In this document: positions 1 to 12,260 of the stretch, one piece after another
How positions within the stretch are numbered: the stretch's first letter is position 1
Layout of the letters: every line of letters begins with the position of its first letter
Source: Camelus dromedarius
Taxonomy: Eukaryota
Reading direction: 5' to 3'
Length of the DNA: 64,000 nucleotides
NCBI RefSeq assembly: GCF_036321535.1
Contig: NC_087437.1
Span: 77,998,001 to 78,062,000 of the forward strand
Program-made: the position numbers and the translations under genes
The notes under the pieces: generated by a model
What the model saw: only the letters and a program-made list of their open reading frames with translations
What the model was told of the DNA's origin: nothing
The model's database searches: none

Positions 1-356
1 TGGAGTACAGGCTGGGTGGTGTAGGCTGCTGTCTCCCCGTGCTTTAATATTTTTATACAGGGAAAATTATGGGAAAACGATGAACTTGTGGAGAGAATCA
101 CGGAAGGAGAGATTGAAGGGAAGGCAGCCAAAATAAGAGGGAAAAGGAGAAGATAGATTATTTTGTTTTGGAAACAGTGGTGGGTTTAGGAGCAGAATAT
201 GCACATCTGAGACTGCAGACATATTTTAATGCTAGCTGGCAGAGCCACTGTTTGTGTGACAGGCACGAGTCACTGCCACTTTCATAGCGCCTGGGGAGTG
301 TGAATTCGTGGCTGGGAGGGAGGAGGTGCTCTTACAGAGTCTACAACCGGAGTGCC

Positions 357-380
357 TTGTTTGTTTGTTTGTTTGTTTTT
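357..380 (+). repeat. (TTTG)n microsatellite forming part of a pyrimidine-rich tract
   Basis: ttgtttgtttgtttgtttgttttt read directly. Confidence 0.9.
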
Positions 381-402
381 TGAGTCTCTGTCTCCTCTGC
401 AG

Positions 403-411
403 ACCTGAGTG
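403..411 (+). other. Candidate 9-nt microexon (ACCTGAGTG), or the 3' end of a longer exon
   Basis: Acceptor-like tctctgtctcctctgcAG ends at 402; a consensus donor G|GTAAGT starts at 412. Confidence 0.4.
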
Positions 412-3299
412 GTAAGTGGATCTGTTCTCCATCCAAGCTGTGAACATCTTCAGATTTGCTACAAACAGATCTCTTACAGTGCTGAGTAGTTTTTGAGGTA
501 AAAATTCTCTGCTCCCTCCTCAAAGATCTTCTGTTTCTACCAATATAATTTTTTTTTCTTATCACATTTCCAAAGTCTCTTGGGTCCCTTCTTCTTTCCC
601 AATAATGAGACCGTTTACGTAGATCTGCAGAAGGCAGTAACAAAACCTCAGTCTTGTCTGCAGGTACAAGCACTGGGGAGGCGGTGGGAGAACATTGTAT
701 GGAAGGAAAGAAAACAAGATCAAATTAGAAATGAAATGTGGTGAAGAGACAAGTAATGAAAAGGGGCGGGGATATTTAGCCACACACGCTGAAGGAAAAA
801 AGAGACTACAAAAATTGGAAGTCTTCCCAATACTAACTCTTTCATATCTGAATGTGTAACCATCTGCGTGACTGCTTCTGCTTCTGCTCTTGAGAGTCGA
901 CGGAACGTAGGGTGATCTGACAATGAGGCAGAGGAAAAATAATATTTTAAGTCTAGTTCTCCTTTGTCACCACCTTCTTTCGAAACAATATGCTGAGCAT
1001 CACTGCCAGGCGATTTTTGGGAGGGGGTTATCACACTTTTGTTCTAACCGGGCTCAGGCCCATGATTTGGACCTGCTGCCATTAAAGAATGCACAAAAAT
1101 AGGGCCAAACTGAGAGCAATCTGACTCATCAGCAAACCATGATAAGCTCAGATCTTCACATTTATGAAATGAAACCGTTTTCAGCATCCTGTCTGCCCTG
1201 ATATAGTGTCGTAAATTTGGATTACATGTCAATTATCCAAATTTACTTCTCTGTACTTTCTCCTTTGAATATGAATGTGAATTTTAATTTAAAGCTTTCT
1301 TATGAGCAAAACTTCCCATCAGAACTCTGTTGTAACCGTCATCCCCAGCTATTTCATACTTGCCAAACATCTTCTCTTTCCAAGGTCATCTGTTTCACCA
1401 CATCACTGGAAATGAAGTGGGACGTATGGTTCTGTTTAATCAAATTTCATGCTCTGCTGCCTCCGTCTTATGGCCTCTCTGCTAATTGATCAAATTTTCA
1501 ATTAAAGTCTTCCATCTTTGTTTTAATTCTTTGTTAAGGTTTCTTTTCCATTAGATAATTTCAGGAGATCTGAGCAGCTCATAGCCCTGCTCTCCGCCCC
1601 CTTTTATCTGCCTACTGTGGAGTTTTTCATGTTGAAGAAACAGTTCTCTTTTTCTGTCTGACTTCACCCCGTTTCTCACAGTTAAACTTCTCCTTGGACT
1701 GGCATTGTCAAGATTCAGAATTTTTAAATTTTTGATTTATTTGTTCAAGAGGGGATTTGTTTACTTCATGCATTATCAGGGATTTAAAAAAAAAAAACAA
1801 ACCTTTGTACATTTTTCATCTGTCTCTCTCAGTAGCAATTAAGCAAATTGGAACTAGAGTCTCCTAAGCTGCAGCTAAAAAAATGACTGTGGTTAATTAA
1901 TGGCCGGTAGGTGACATTCTCTTTTACGTGGGGTGCTTCTCTGTGAGTTCCTTCTAATGAGCTGTGACACTACTTGATTACCAAACCGATTTATTGTTTC
2001 TATAGATCAGTTAAGGTGCTAACACAACAAATATATGTAACACTGCATCTCGTGGGTTACTCTGTTCCCTTCCTTTCATCCTTGAGAAGCAAAGTGTCAT
2101 CCTCAAAGCTGTAGTAAATCAAATCGGCCTTGAAATTCACTAACGGATGGTATATTAAAATATAATAGTTATTAAAATCAATATATTTAACCAAAAAACC
2201 AGGAAAATGTGCTGACAGGATCAATGTCAATAAGCTTCGTCTAGGAGGGCTTTGCTTATTGCAGAATAATTCTGGATTTCAAAATGTGGAATTTTAACTT
2301 TGATGTTTCCAGTGCCCTTGGAGAATTTCAGACAATACCATTTCATAGAAGCCTTTCTTTGTAAAGCATGACAGGCTGAGTTAAAGGTTTAGTGTTTAGA
2401 GGTTTTACAATGTGAAATTCTCACGTTATGGTAATCTTGGAATAAAGTGTGAAAGCCCATGAACTGTATTTCTTTCACCTGCCCGAGATGCAAAGAGCAG
2501 GCAGGCATACATTCTCACCTTGGTCACCTGCCTCTTAAGTGCAGAACTCAGGCTTAGATCACGCCTGTGGCTCTTGGCACTTGCTCTAAGCTTTGCTGTT
2601 CATCCTGAAAGCAGTCGTTTCTGGAGCACATAATATTTTGCTTCTACAAATATGTTTTAAAGATTCAAAACCTAGTAATAACTTTAACCAGATTTGTTTA
2701 TACTTTTACAGCTTCTTTATTTCCATTCACTGCTTAAGAGAGGTGTAGCTTGTTACATGGATCAAAATGCCACAGAGCAATTTTTAAAGTGTACCTAGAG
2801 TGCATGGGATGTCGTGACCCTTGCGAATTGGAAACTAAGAACTCAGACTTGTGAAATAATTTTTAACCACCTTTGAGTTTGCTGAATCAACAATACCCCA
2901 ATCCCAAGCCAATGTGCCTTTCAGAATATTTTCAGGATAGGGCATAGAAATGTCATTAAGGAGGAAGTTGTTCAACCTATTCTGAATCTTCCCTATAGTT
3001 GAGGTAGATAAACCCTTAGAAAATTGAAAAACCTTAACTGAACGTTTTGTCAAAAGTATAATTGCCAATTTGACATGAATTTTCTAGAGCCTCCAGATAG
3101 AAAACTGCTCAACTGTCCTAGTGGTTGCTTGTCTTAACAAAGATCACGTTTTAAAATTTTATGATGTGCTGTGGCTGATCAAATTGAACTACACCATATC
3201 ATAAATTCAAACCCAATGTTGTCCAAAAATGCACACTATCAGTTAAAAAGGCATTTCTCCTTTCCCTTGTTTTTAAGGCAGGAGCTCCAGGCCTCGCGG

Positions 3300-3455
3300 G
3301 TGTAGGGGACTCACCTGGGGAGAACACACCACTGCAGGTTCCGATTCAGTGGATCTGATGCAGACTCAGGAATCTGCATTAGGTCATTCCCCTCATTACT
3401 TCATGTCATTCTGATGCAGCTAATTCTTAAAAAGGTCCTCAGAATGCACTGTCAG
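3300..3455 (+). mobile_element. MER5-family hAT-Charlie MITE remnant
   Basis: tcacctgggg...gattcagtggatctg...caggaatctgcatt...ttctgatgcagc resembles the recalled MER5A/B core. Confidence 0.6.
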
Positions 3456-5213
3456 GAACGGATTTTAACAGATCTGTGCTCTAGCTTCTTCTAAAGACCT
3501 TGAACTTTGCCTGTTTTCTGGAAGGGGTCAGAACCTCAAACGTTTTAGTTCATTTTTATGGATTGCATGACCAAAACCTGTAGAATATTGTCTCTCCTTT
3601 TCATCATAGTTCAATTTAGCATTTGTTAATAAAAATTTAGAAAAGCAGCCTAATTTGTATATTTTTATTTGAAAAAATTCTCAAGACAGTCATCTTCTCC
3701 AATTTTTACTTAAGTGAACTTATTTTGTGGGGCTAAATGATCTGTTTTCTGAGTTGAGGTGATTTCTTACAGTGATCCTTATCAGACAAAAAGTGTTATA
3801 ACATGGAGTGAACATACTGACTTTTTCATTATTTAATCTCATTCAAGGAACAAATAACCCCCATAAGACTTATTGAGTGTTAGTTGTAACTTTGTTTCTA
3901 CTTTACTAAGGCAGGCTCTTTTTCTTGTGTGCTTCAATTTGAGATAAAGTGATGAAATTGGAGGTCAGTGGTGTTAAATCCGCATTTGTGACACAGTCTC
4001 TGTTTTTGCTATTACATTGTCAGTTGGTGAGGTAGCAAATACTACCTCCTTCAGAGTCCATGGCCAACAGTGGATCATTGGAAGCCCAGGCTGATTAACT
4101 GGAGGGTAGAAATGAGAGTGGCAGTTTGATAGATGGTCCTGACTTGTGTCCACAGATAATACTGGGTTGTATTTAGTAACAGAGAGCTGGGAAACCCCAG
4201 ATTCTTATTCCTGATAAAATTCCTGACTCTGAAAGTGCAATACATTCATGCTATTATTCTGTTTCTGTAATGCTGTATACTGGTCAACCTTACAGGAAAG
4301 TCTATTAGAGTAGGTCCAAGTTGTTCTGTGGGTTCAAGTACATAGCCATTGATAGCCCTTATCTGCCAGCTGAAGAGTATAGATGGGAGCTCCCCTACGG
4401 TACTTTTCTGGATGTGACTACCTTTGGAAGAACTTTTTCTTCATAATAGTCTTGCTGGTTAATTATGTCCTTCTAAGGAGATGTTGGATCTGGGGTGGCA
4501 GGACACTTCAAGGGAGTCTGATGGTAAATCCCTTTATGTAACCGTTTCTCCCTGTCCTTAGGACAGTCAACATGATTTCTCTAATTTCAGCCCCAGTCAT
4601 AGCAACATGAATCTCCAAATCCCAGGCTGAAATTTTTCTTCACAGTGGAAAGAGGGGGAGGCCTGAATTTGAAAAGGAACATGAAGCTTATTTTCTTAAG
4701 TGCTTCCCAAGAGAAGGTATGCCCAAACCTTCATTTCCCTCTGACCCGTTCCAACTCTTTGAACTTCTGCAAGAAAGGAAACTATATATCGTTGGAGGAG
4801 AGCGAGAGTAAGGGAGCTAGAAAATGTAAACACCAGAGAGATGAGGAGGTTCTCAGAACAGGGCTTCCTGCCTTTTTAAGGATAGTGGCTTATTTTCTCC
4901 CACGGTTTCCTGCTTGAAGTCATTTAGGGGAAAGGTGTTGGTAAATAATAACATTCATCAGAAGGGGTTTTTCGTTTAGCTGCTTGGGAAAAGTGAAGAG
5001 ATTAAAAGCTATGTTACCTTACATTGGCATAAACAAGATTAACTTGTCCTATAATGCAGTGGAATTAGCAGTGGACTTGGATTCAGAGGTGAGGCCAAGG
5101 CCGGCTGTGTGGGAACAGAGTGGGGCAGGTCAGCTCATTACTGCAAGCCTCCCTTTCTCATCTCTAGGAGTGTACTAGTGTGACCTCTCAGGGTCCTTCA
5201 TCTTAACATTCTA

Positions 5214-5316
5214 GGGAAAGAGATCAAGGTGGCGGAATAGAAGGACGTGGAACTCACCTCCTCCCACAAATACTTCGAAATACATCTATACGTGAAACAG
5301 TTCTCGCAGAATACCT
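5214..5316 (+). mobile_element. Isolated L1 5'-terminal fragment (~100 bp) inserted in a MIR-like remnant
   Basis: caaggtggcggaatagaaggacgtggaactcacctcctcccacaaatac...tacatcta resembles laurasiatherian L1 5' UTR starts. Flanked by ttaacattcta / ttaaagttcta. Confidence 0.65.
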
Positions 5317-5799
5317 TAAAGTTCTAAGATTTTAAATAGGGCTGACTATATTTCTTCTGCATCTGGAGTTGGTAAGTGCAGGATTGATGCTCGCTTGCTT
5401 GTTTCCTCTGAGGGGCCCGCCCGAGAGCAGGGTACACTTGTAAGCTTCAGGTGGTTTGTGGAGCCAGGAGATCCTGTGCGAATTTAATGAATGAGTGCTT
5501 GTGTGTATTTTCTGGGGATCACAGAACTTTGGTGTTTCTTTTAAAATCAGATTCTCAAAGGAGTTTATGACCCCAAACAATTGCCCTAAGGAAGGGAAGT
5601 GTAAGAGAAACTGTGCTTGTGCAGGCCCTGAGAGAAACTTGCAGATACTGCTGGGGGGAGCTGTAGAAGGCTCACACTTCCTACCTCCTTTTTTGGGATT
5701 CACCAGTATCTAAAATAATGACTTGCTGGGAGATATGATTATTTTAATGGAATCTCAATGACACATTGTGCCAGAAAGTAAGAAAGTGTTCAAAACAAA

Positions 5800-6520
5800 C
5801 AAAAATAAAACAAATCCCACAATGGTGTCTGTGTGTCAAAGGGAGTTCCCAATGGCCAAAGCTGCAACCATTTGAGCAATGAAAGAAAGTAGCATTAGAG
5901 TGTAAGCCAAAGTATAAAGTAAATATCCACAACTCCCATATGGACCAAATAAATGATTGAATAAAGAAATAGATTGGGAAGAATAGACAAGTGTTCCATG
6001 CAGAAGAATTCCAGGTAATGAATGTCCATGTTACATTCTTTAGAAGATAGAGAATATCTCACTACTTCTTAAGTGTGGGCTGTGCATGGGGACTTCCTTC
6101 CAGAGTGCAGTAAGTTTGGAAAGGCTGGGAAACAGTAGTGACTTTCCAGTGGAGAAACCTGACAAACACTCTTTCAAGTCATATAATCAAGGTTAATATT
6201 GGCAGTGATAAATCATATTGATAGTTTGTACCTTGGATATGATGTAATGAGAATGATAATTTACCTCTATGGTCTTCCTCCCCGAAGACACAGTTCCCTA
6301 ATTGTAAGAAAAACATCAGACAAATCCTTAATTGAGGGACATTTTACAAAATACCTGGCTAGTCATCTTCAAAACTGTCAGGATCATAAGAAATATGAGA
6401 AGTCTGAGGAACTGGCATAGCCAAGAGAAGCCTAAAAGAGACACGACTGCTAAGTGTATGTGGTGTCCTGGAAGAGAGATAGGACACTATGGAAAAACTC
6501 AGATAATCTGGATAAAGTAT
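5800..6520 (+). mobile_element. Old L1 3' UTR fragment (L1MC/L1MD-like)
   Basis: gggagttcccaatggccaaagc, aaataaatgattgaataaa, gcagaagaattcca and agtggagaaacctgacaaacac are hallmark L1MC/MD 3'-end motifs. Confidence 0.8.
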
Positions 6521-6639
6521 GGATGCTGGGGTGTATATATATATATGTATATGTCACGGGGTGGACTGTTTGTGCGTGCATGTGAACACATCCTTGCAGC
6601 TGTGATGACATGTTACTGGGAATGTGATACTGTACTATC

Positions 6640-6830
6640 ATTAAGAGCAGAATGAGCACTTGTTTCTGGGGTTCAAATCCAGACTCTGCCAATAATTATA
6701 AGCTGTGTAGCTTTCAGTAATTATTTAACATCTCTGAGCCTCTTTTTTTTAAACTCCAAAATCAATGCATGCAAAGCCCTTAGGACAGAATCTAACCCCC
6801 AGTACATAATTATTATTAATTGGAAAAATG
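6640..6830 (+). mobile_element. MIR SINE
   Basis: gggttcaaatccagactctgcc...agctgtgtagctttcagtaattatttaacatctctgagcctc matches the MIR core. Confidence 0.75.
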
Positions 6831-6884
6831 AAACGATGTAGAAACATGAACTTACATATTAGCCTATGCAGGTATACTTTGGCT

Positions 6885-7130
6885 TAATGATAATTATTAC
6901 AAGTAACATCTATATAGTGTTTTATGGTTTATAAAGCTATAGCATGTACACAAATTCATTGACACCTCACATCACCACAAGCTATTTTTATGTATTATGA
7001 TCCCCATTTTACAGTTAGGGAAACCAGTTCAAAGAAACTGAACTTGGAGATCACAGATAAATGCCAGAACTGGGGTACAATGTATTTGAATTTCAAAGCC
7101 TGTGTTCTATCAACAGTATAAGGCTGCCTC
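6885..7130 (-). mobile_element. MIR SINE
   Basis: atccccattttacagttagggaaacc is the reverse MIR core. Confidence 0.7.
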
Positions 7131-7849
7131 TTAGGTATTTTCTATTTGCAAACTCCCTGGCAATTTTAAATTAAAAAAAAGTCCTGAAGATATTGCTACA
7201 GAGTTTTGTTCTCAATGTTTTATTACATTATTTCTTACAGTACCCTTAAGGAGATAGAATAATAAACACTGAATTCTATATTTTGCAGAGAAAAAGGCAA
7301 GGCACTAAGAATTTTCTTCTTTTCACATCAGGAGTTTGTTAGATTCTGGGAGAAAATCCACCTTATCTCTAACTAACTGCTATTTTTTGCTCCAATATAA
7401 TGATCTGTGCTAGATGCTGTGTGCAATACAGTAATAAATACATTAAGATTATTGCCCTCAAGGATTTGGCTACATATTGTCTATGCCTTCTTTCATCTAA
7501 ACCTGAATTAGGCAATATATTCCTCACCTAGGCCTTCCATTTCATACTTAAAAGTTTAATATGTCATAGCCTGATCATATTTTGACAACCAATTAGACAA
7601 AAGATAATCATGAAGTTTTTGCATTTTACAAAATACAAATCCAATTTATATTGTTAACAAATTAGCATTATTTTAAAATTCATTTGCATAAATTTAAATT
7701 TTCTGGAATTACGTATATTAATATACATGTATAAATTCAATAAAAATACACACATGTGCAGAAACATAATCTTACAGGTATATAAATATGGATGTTTTGT
7801 AAGGAGGGGCAAAGGGATGATGGAAGCCCAAGCTGGCAATAAGTCACAA

Positions 7850-8385
7850 GCTTATTATTTGCTATTGTGTAACAAATGGCTCCCAAACTTAATGACTTGA
7901 AATAGTACATATGTCACAGTCTCTGTGGATAAGGAATCTCAGAGTTTTGGCTGAAAGCTTTTTAGGAGATTTCAGTAAAGTTGTTGGCTGGGACTGTGAT
8001 CTCATCTGAAGGCTCAGCTCAGATACAATGTTGTTGGCAAAATTCAGTTCCTCACTGGTTGGTTGTTGGATGAGAACCTTAGGTCATCACTAGCAGCTGG
8101 CCAGAGGCCTCCCTTGGTTCCTTGACACATGGGTCTTTCATAGGGCACATAGGGCAACTTACAGCATGGCAGTGGACTTTCCTCAGAGCACCAGAGCAAG
8201 TGAAACCCCAGGGAAATCAATCTTTTTATAACTTAACTGCTGGAAGTGACATTCCGTCACTCTGCCACTTTCTTTTTGTAGAACTTAGGCACTAAGTCCA
8301 GCATGCCCGCAAAGGGAAGGAATTCCACAGGACGTACGTAGCTGGAGGTGGGGAACTTTGGGAGTCATCTTAGGATCTATCACAC
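7850..8385 (-). mobile_element. MaLR solo LTR (MLT1-type)
   Basis: gtgtaacaaatggctcccaaacttaatgacttgaa...ctcatctgaaggctc...gttggcaaaattcagttcct...ggaagtgacattccgtcac match reverse MLT1 motifs. Confidence 0.8.
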
Positions 8386-8574
8386 AAGCATAGTTTTTTT
8401 TTTTTTTTTTTTTTGAGAAAACACTGAGAAACACTGAAGGAAAGTTGTCTTGTTTTGGCCCAGAGATGGGTGAGGTTAAGGGGCAGGCCTGGCTCTAGGG
8501 GCCAGCTGATGAGTTGTAGCTCGGATATCCAAGTTGGATATGGGAAATACTGCCTCCTGTCTGCAGTTGCAATA

Positions 8575-9035
8575 TATGGAGTGGACAGATATGTCCGACT
8601 GCATAATTATTTGTCAAACTCATTTTCTCCTCTTCCGGGGCACACAGCTAAACCATATTTGCAAGCATTCTTTGGAGGTAGGTGTGGTGATGCAACTGAG
8701 CTCTAGATGAAGGATTGCAAATAGAAATTCCATGAATCACATTCAGGTAGGACACAAAAAACTGCCATACATAATCCTCTCTATTCTTTTCCACTTCAGG
8801 TTGGACAGGATGGAGACAAACTCAAGGGTGACTTTGTAAGGCCCATATTGAATATGGCAGATCTCAAGATGAAAGGAACACATGGTATCTGAACACATAA
8901 TTGGAGGGAGCCACCCCCATTGATGAAGAACATTCATTTTGAACATTATGTGAGAAAGAAACTTTCACTGAATTAAGCCCCTAAGGATGTGGAGATCATT
9001 GATTATAGAAGCTAGCATTACTGAAACTACTATGA
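8575..9035 (+). mobile_element. MaLR LTR (MLT1I/J-like)
   Basis: gggcacacagctaaaccatatttgcaagcattc...taggtgtggtgatgcaactgag...tgtgagaaagaaactttcactgaattaagcc. Confidence 0.65.
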
Positions 9036-9589
9036 AAGCCAGATGCCTGAAGTAGGAGTCCTGAACCAGGCAGTTAAGCTCCAGCAGTGCAAAGGCAAAT
9101 CAGAAATGGAAGACTATAACTTAATTATTCTTTAATCCAGATGCCTAGCACAGTTCTTGATACAAGGTTGGTTCTTTATAATTTTGGTTTAATGATAGAT
9201 GCTGACCTGTTAGATAATCAGGGAGCTGATGTATGTAGAGTTAAGAGCTAGCAAAAGGAATCTGAGCCTAAAGGAGCATCCTAAAAAAATTTCAGATGGT
9301 ACTATATTTTGTTGGTCTGTTGTTAATATATTGCCTTCAACCTCTAGTGTAGAATTCTAATTAAACAGGTAAAATAATGAAAGGCTCATGTTAGGTGCTT
9401 TAGAGTCAAATATTAGATTTAAGAGGGAGGAGATTAGAGGCCCTGAAAACAACAATAAATTTAATTTACTAAATACTTACCTTTTCAACTAGCTTTTACT
9501 GTTGACCCAGATAATTGTTCCCCTTCCCAAAGCATATTCAAGACTTTTGATTCTGTAATTGATTCTGTAACGTGTGTTTATTCTCTCCT

Positions 9590-9720
9590 ATTTTTATTAA
9601 GCAAGCTACATATTAAGGACTTACCATGTGCCAGGCATTGTGTCTAGTGCTGAAAATATTGAAATGGAAAAGACAGGGTCTGTGTCTTTGAGGAGTCAGT
9701 GTAGTGAATTTAAGGGAAAA
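9590..9720 (-). mobile_element. L2 LINE 3' fragment
   Basis: cttaccatgtgccaggcattgtgtctagtgctgaaaatattgaaatggaaaagacag is typical reverse L2 3' end. Confidence 0.7.
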
Positions 9721-11010
9721 AAAAAGGTTATCTTTATAACATGCTTTCATGGACAGTATCGAAAGCCTAGCATTAATATCATAATACTTGCAAAAAATAT
9801 AAGTAGAATACCACAAATGGATGTTGACATCCACCTAATTGTCCTCTTCATCATTGCCACCCTTGCTGCCAAACTCTGCACGTTCACACGCATCAGATAC
9901 TTCTTTTGGAATTATTTCCCAGCATATTTTCTTATACATGGTTCCATTTGGCTTGATGCTGCAAAAAGAAAGAAAATAATAGAGAACACACTCAGCGACT
10001 CTTTCTACATGGTTTGGGTAAAAATGTTACAACTCTGCAATCAGCAGGATTTTGCTTTCCTTTCTGCGGCAAATGATAAATCTCAAGGGTCAAAACATCT
10101 GGCTGGCAGCTTCGGGCAGAGCAGGCTACAGCATCTCTGTAGCCTGGGAAATGGGGGACAGGGAGGTGGAGCACTTAAAGAAGGAAGGCCTCTGTCTGAA
10201 CTTAAACAGGTCCCACGGGTTTGCAGAACAGCCCGAATCCTGCGGAGGACTAAGGTTCAATGGCATGAAGGAAGGCAGGCCCGGTTTGAGGATTGCTTTT
10301 CTATATTTACGCCACTTCTTATTTTTTTCTTGATGCTGCTGTTTCCTTTGCTGCTCTCTTGCTTGCCCTTAGCTACTAGCTGGTGCTCTGCACACTTATG
10401 CCCCCCCGCCCCCCGACACTGGTCTAAGTGCTTTCCTTAGCATTATCTCCCGTAATACTCTTACCGCCCTCATGGGGAAGGTACTCCTGTTATCTTCATT
10501 CTATCAAAGGAGAAGGAGAGCAGATATAGGTCTAACTGTTGCACATCTTGCAAATAAATGGCAGTCTGACTAATGGGCTGCCTGTTGATCACTTTATTTT
10601 CTATTACTCCACCCTTTTCCTAAAATTCCTTACTCTCTTTATTAAAATTGAGGCTTAGAATGGCCCCAGATATCCATACTTACAAAATCAGCTGTTTATT
10701 TGGATAGCTTTATTTTTTTCCTCTGTTAAGAAGTAGTTGTATTTAATTTAGAAAATACAAGTAAGCAAAAGAATGAAACAAAAATTACTCAAAACCCCTC
10801 CGTCCAAGAGCAAACATTGTTACCGCCACTGCTATCTCTCCAACACATAAGAACCCATGCAGCTGATGCCCCCGGGCCTCTCTTATATGTAAGTCTTACA
10901 GATACAGAATGTTGCTAGACTCTTTAAAGTTTCAAGTCAGAGATTCAAACTGTTTTCTGAATGAGTAGTGTAGAACCCCCTAGTGAATAGAGCTGTGGTG
11001 CCAGGTTACC

Positions 11011-11146
11011 TTAGGTAGGATACATTTATCCTGGGTTTGCTCAGACAGTCTTGGTTCAAGCCTGTTGATCCAGCATAATTATTAGCAGTATTCTTTTTCA
11101 CTATAAAAATTTTCCAGTTTGGGTAATAAGTCATATGATTATCTCG
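11011..11146. mobile_element. hAT-Blackjack MITE (MER94-like)
   Basis: cctgggtttgctcagacagtcttggtt...cctgttgatccagcataattattagcag...tttcact...ccagtttggg...tcatatgattatc. Confidence 0.65.
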
Positions 11147-11499
11147 TTCAGAGGCCAGTGGCAAGCCAGTAGAGGACTGTCAAGTTAGTCAAAATAGATC
11201 CAAGAAGATAGAAAAAGAAGTGAGACTGCCATATGAAGATTCTCCTAATTATATTACTAACAAGGAAACGAATAATTAAAAAAATTCCGCCTAAATAACG
11301 TGAGTAGTGGAATAGAATTAATCATTATTTGGAGAGAACATGAGAGCAGGATAAGGAAATGCTCTTCCTTTTCAAGTATACCAGGATCTCTTTCAAAAGG
11401 ATCGCTTGCTGGAACGAAAAAAAAAAAAAAAAAAAAAAAAAAGAATGACAATTTTTAACAGCTGATTTCCTACAGATTACGTTTTAGGCTACAATACAT

Positions 11500-12260
11500 T
11501 AAAAATAGAAACAGATAATGAGAATGGAATTAAAATGTGCCAAATGCATAAAATCTTAAAAAAAAAGCATTTTGTAAAAGTGCCTAGGTCAGGGAAGGAA
11601 TCCAAAATGTAATAACAAGAAAATGCAATGAAAATATAAATACAATATATTAAAAAAAATGGAATGTTACCAAAATAGCACTTAGGAGAAAATTTATCAC
11701 TCAAAATACCTCTGTTTGTATGGAAGAAAAAGGAAAAACAATGAACTAAGTCTCTACCTAAAGTGTTCAGGAAAAAGAATAAAGCAACATGCCAAAAGAA
11801 AGTAGGGAAAAAGGAAATGATAAGTAGAAATATGTGGGAACAATAATAGAAAGGGGATCCAATTCACAATAAAGCAAACGTTAAATAGTAATAAATTTGA
11901 GAGCTGAAAAGTTTGCGTAAACTACCAAGGTTTATTTGGAGAATACTGAAATAAGGGAGAGGCAAACTGTATTTCTGAATATGAAGATAATAAGATTCCA
12001 AGTATGTCAGATGTTCCCAACTTTCATTACAGCTTTGATGCAGTCTCAGTGAAAATATCAGCATGATTTTTTTTTGTAACCAGACCAAACAAATTTTCTA
12101 AGAATGCATCCAAGAGCATAAATAGGTCAGAATAGCAAAGATTTTTCTGAAAAGGAGAATTGAGGGTTATTAACTCCTATGTATTAAAGTCCAGAATAAA
12201 ATGATAAAAATAAAAACAATGTCTACTTTTTTGTGGAAATAAAATAAAATGAATAAACTT
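11500..12260 (+). mobile_element. Highly decayed L1 ORF2 fragment (L1ME-like)
   Basis: A-rich tract; tgtcagatgttcccaac...gatgcagtctcagtgaaaatatcagcatg...cagaatagcaaagatttttctgaaaaggagaat resembles L1 ORF2. Confidence 0.5.

Noticed and set aside
720..1232. Two in-frame minus-strand ORFs (62 and 104 aa) separated by a single stop, considered as a pseudogene or endogenous viral element
   Set aside because: Both use non-ATG starts, the frame is closed by a stop immediately upstream, and I see no resemblance to any protein family I know. Compatible with chance.
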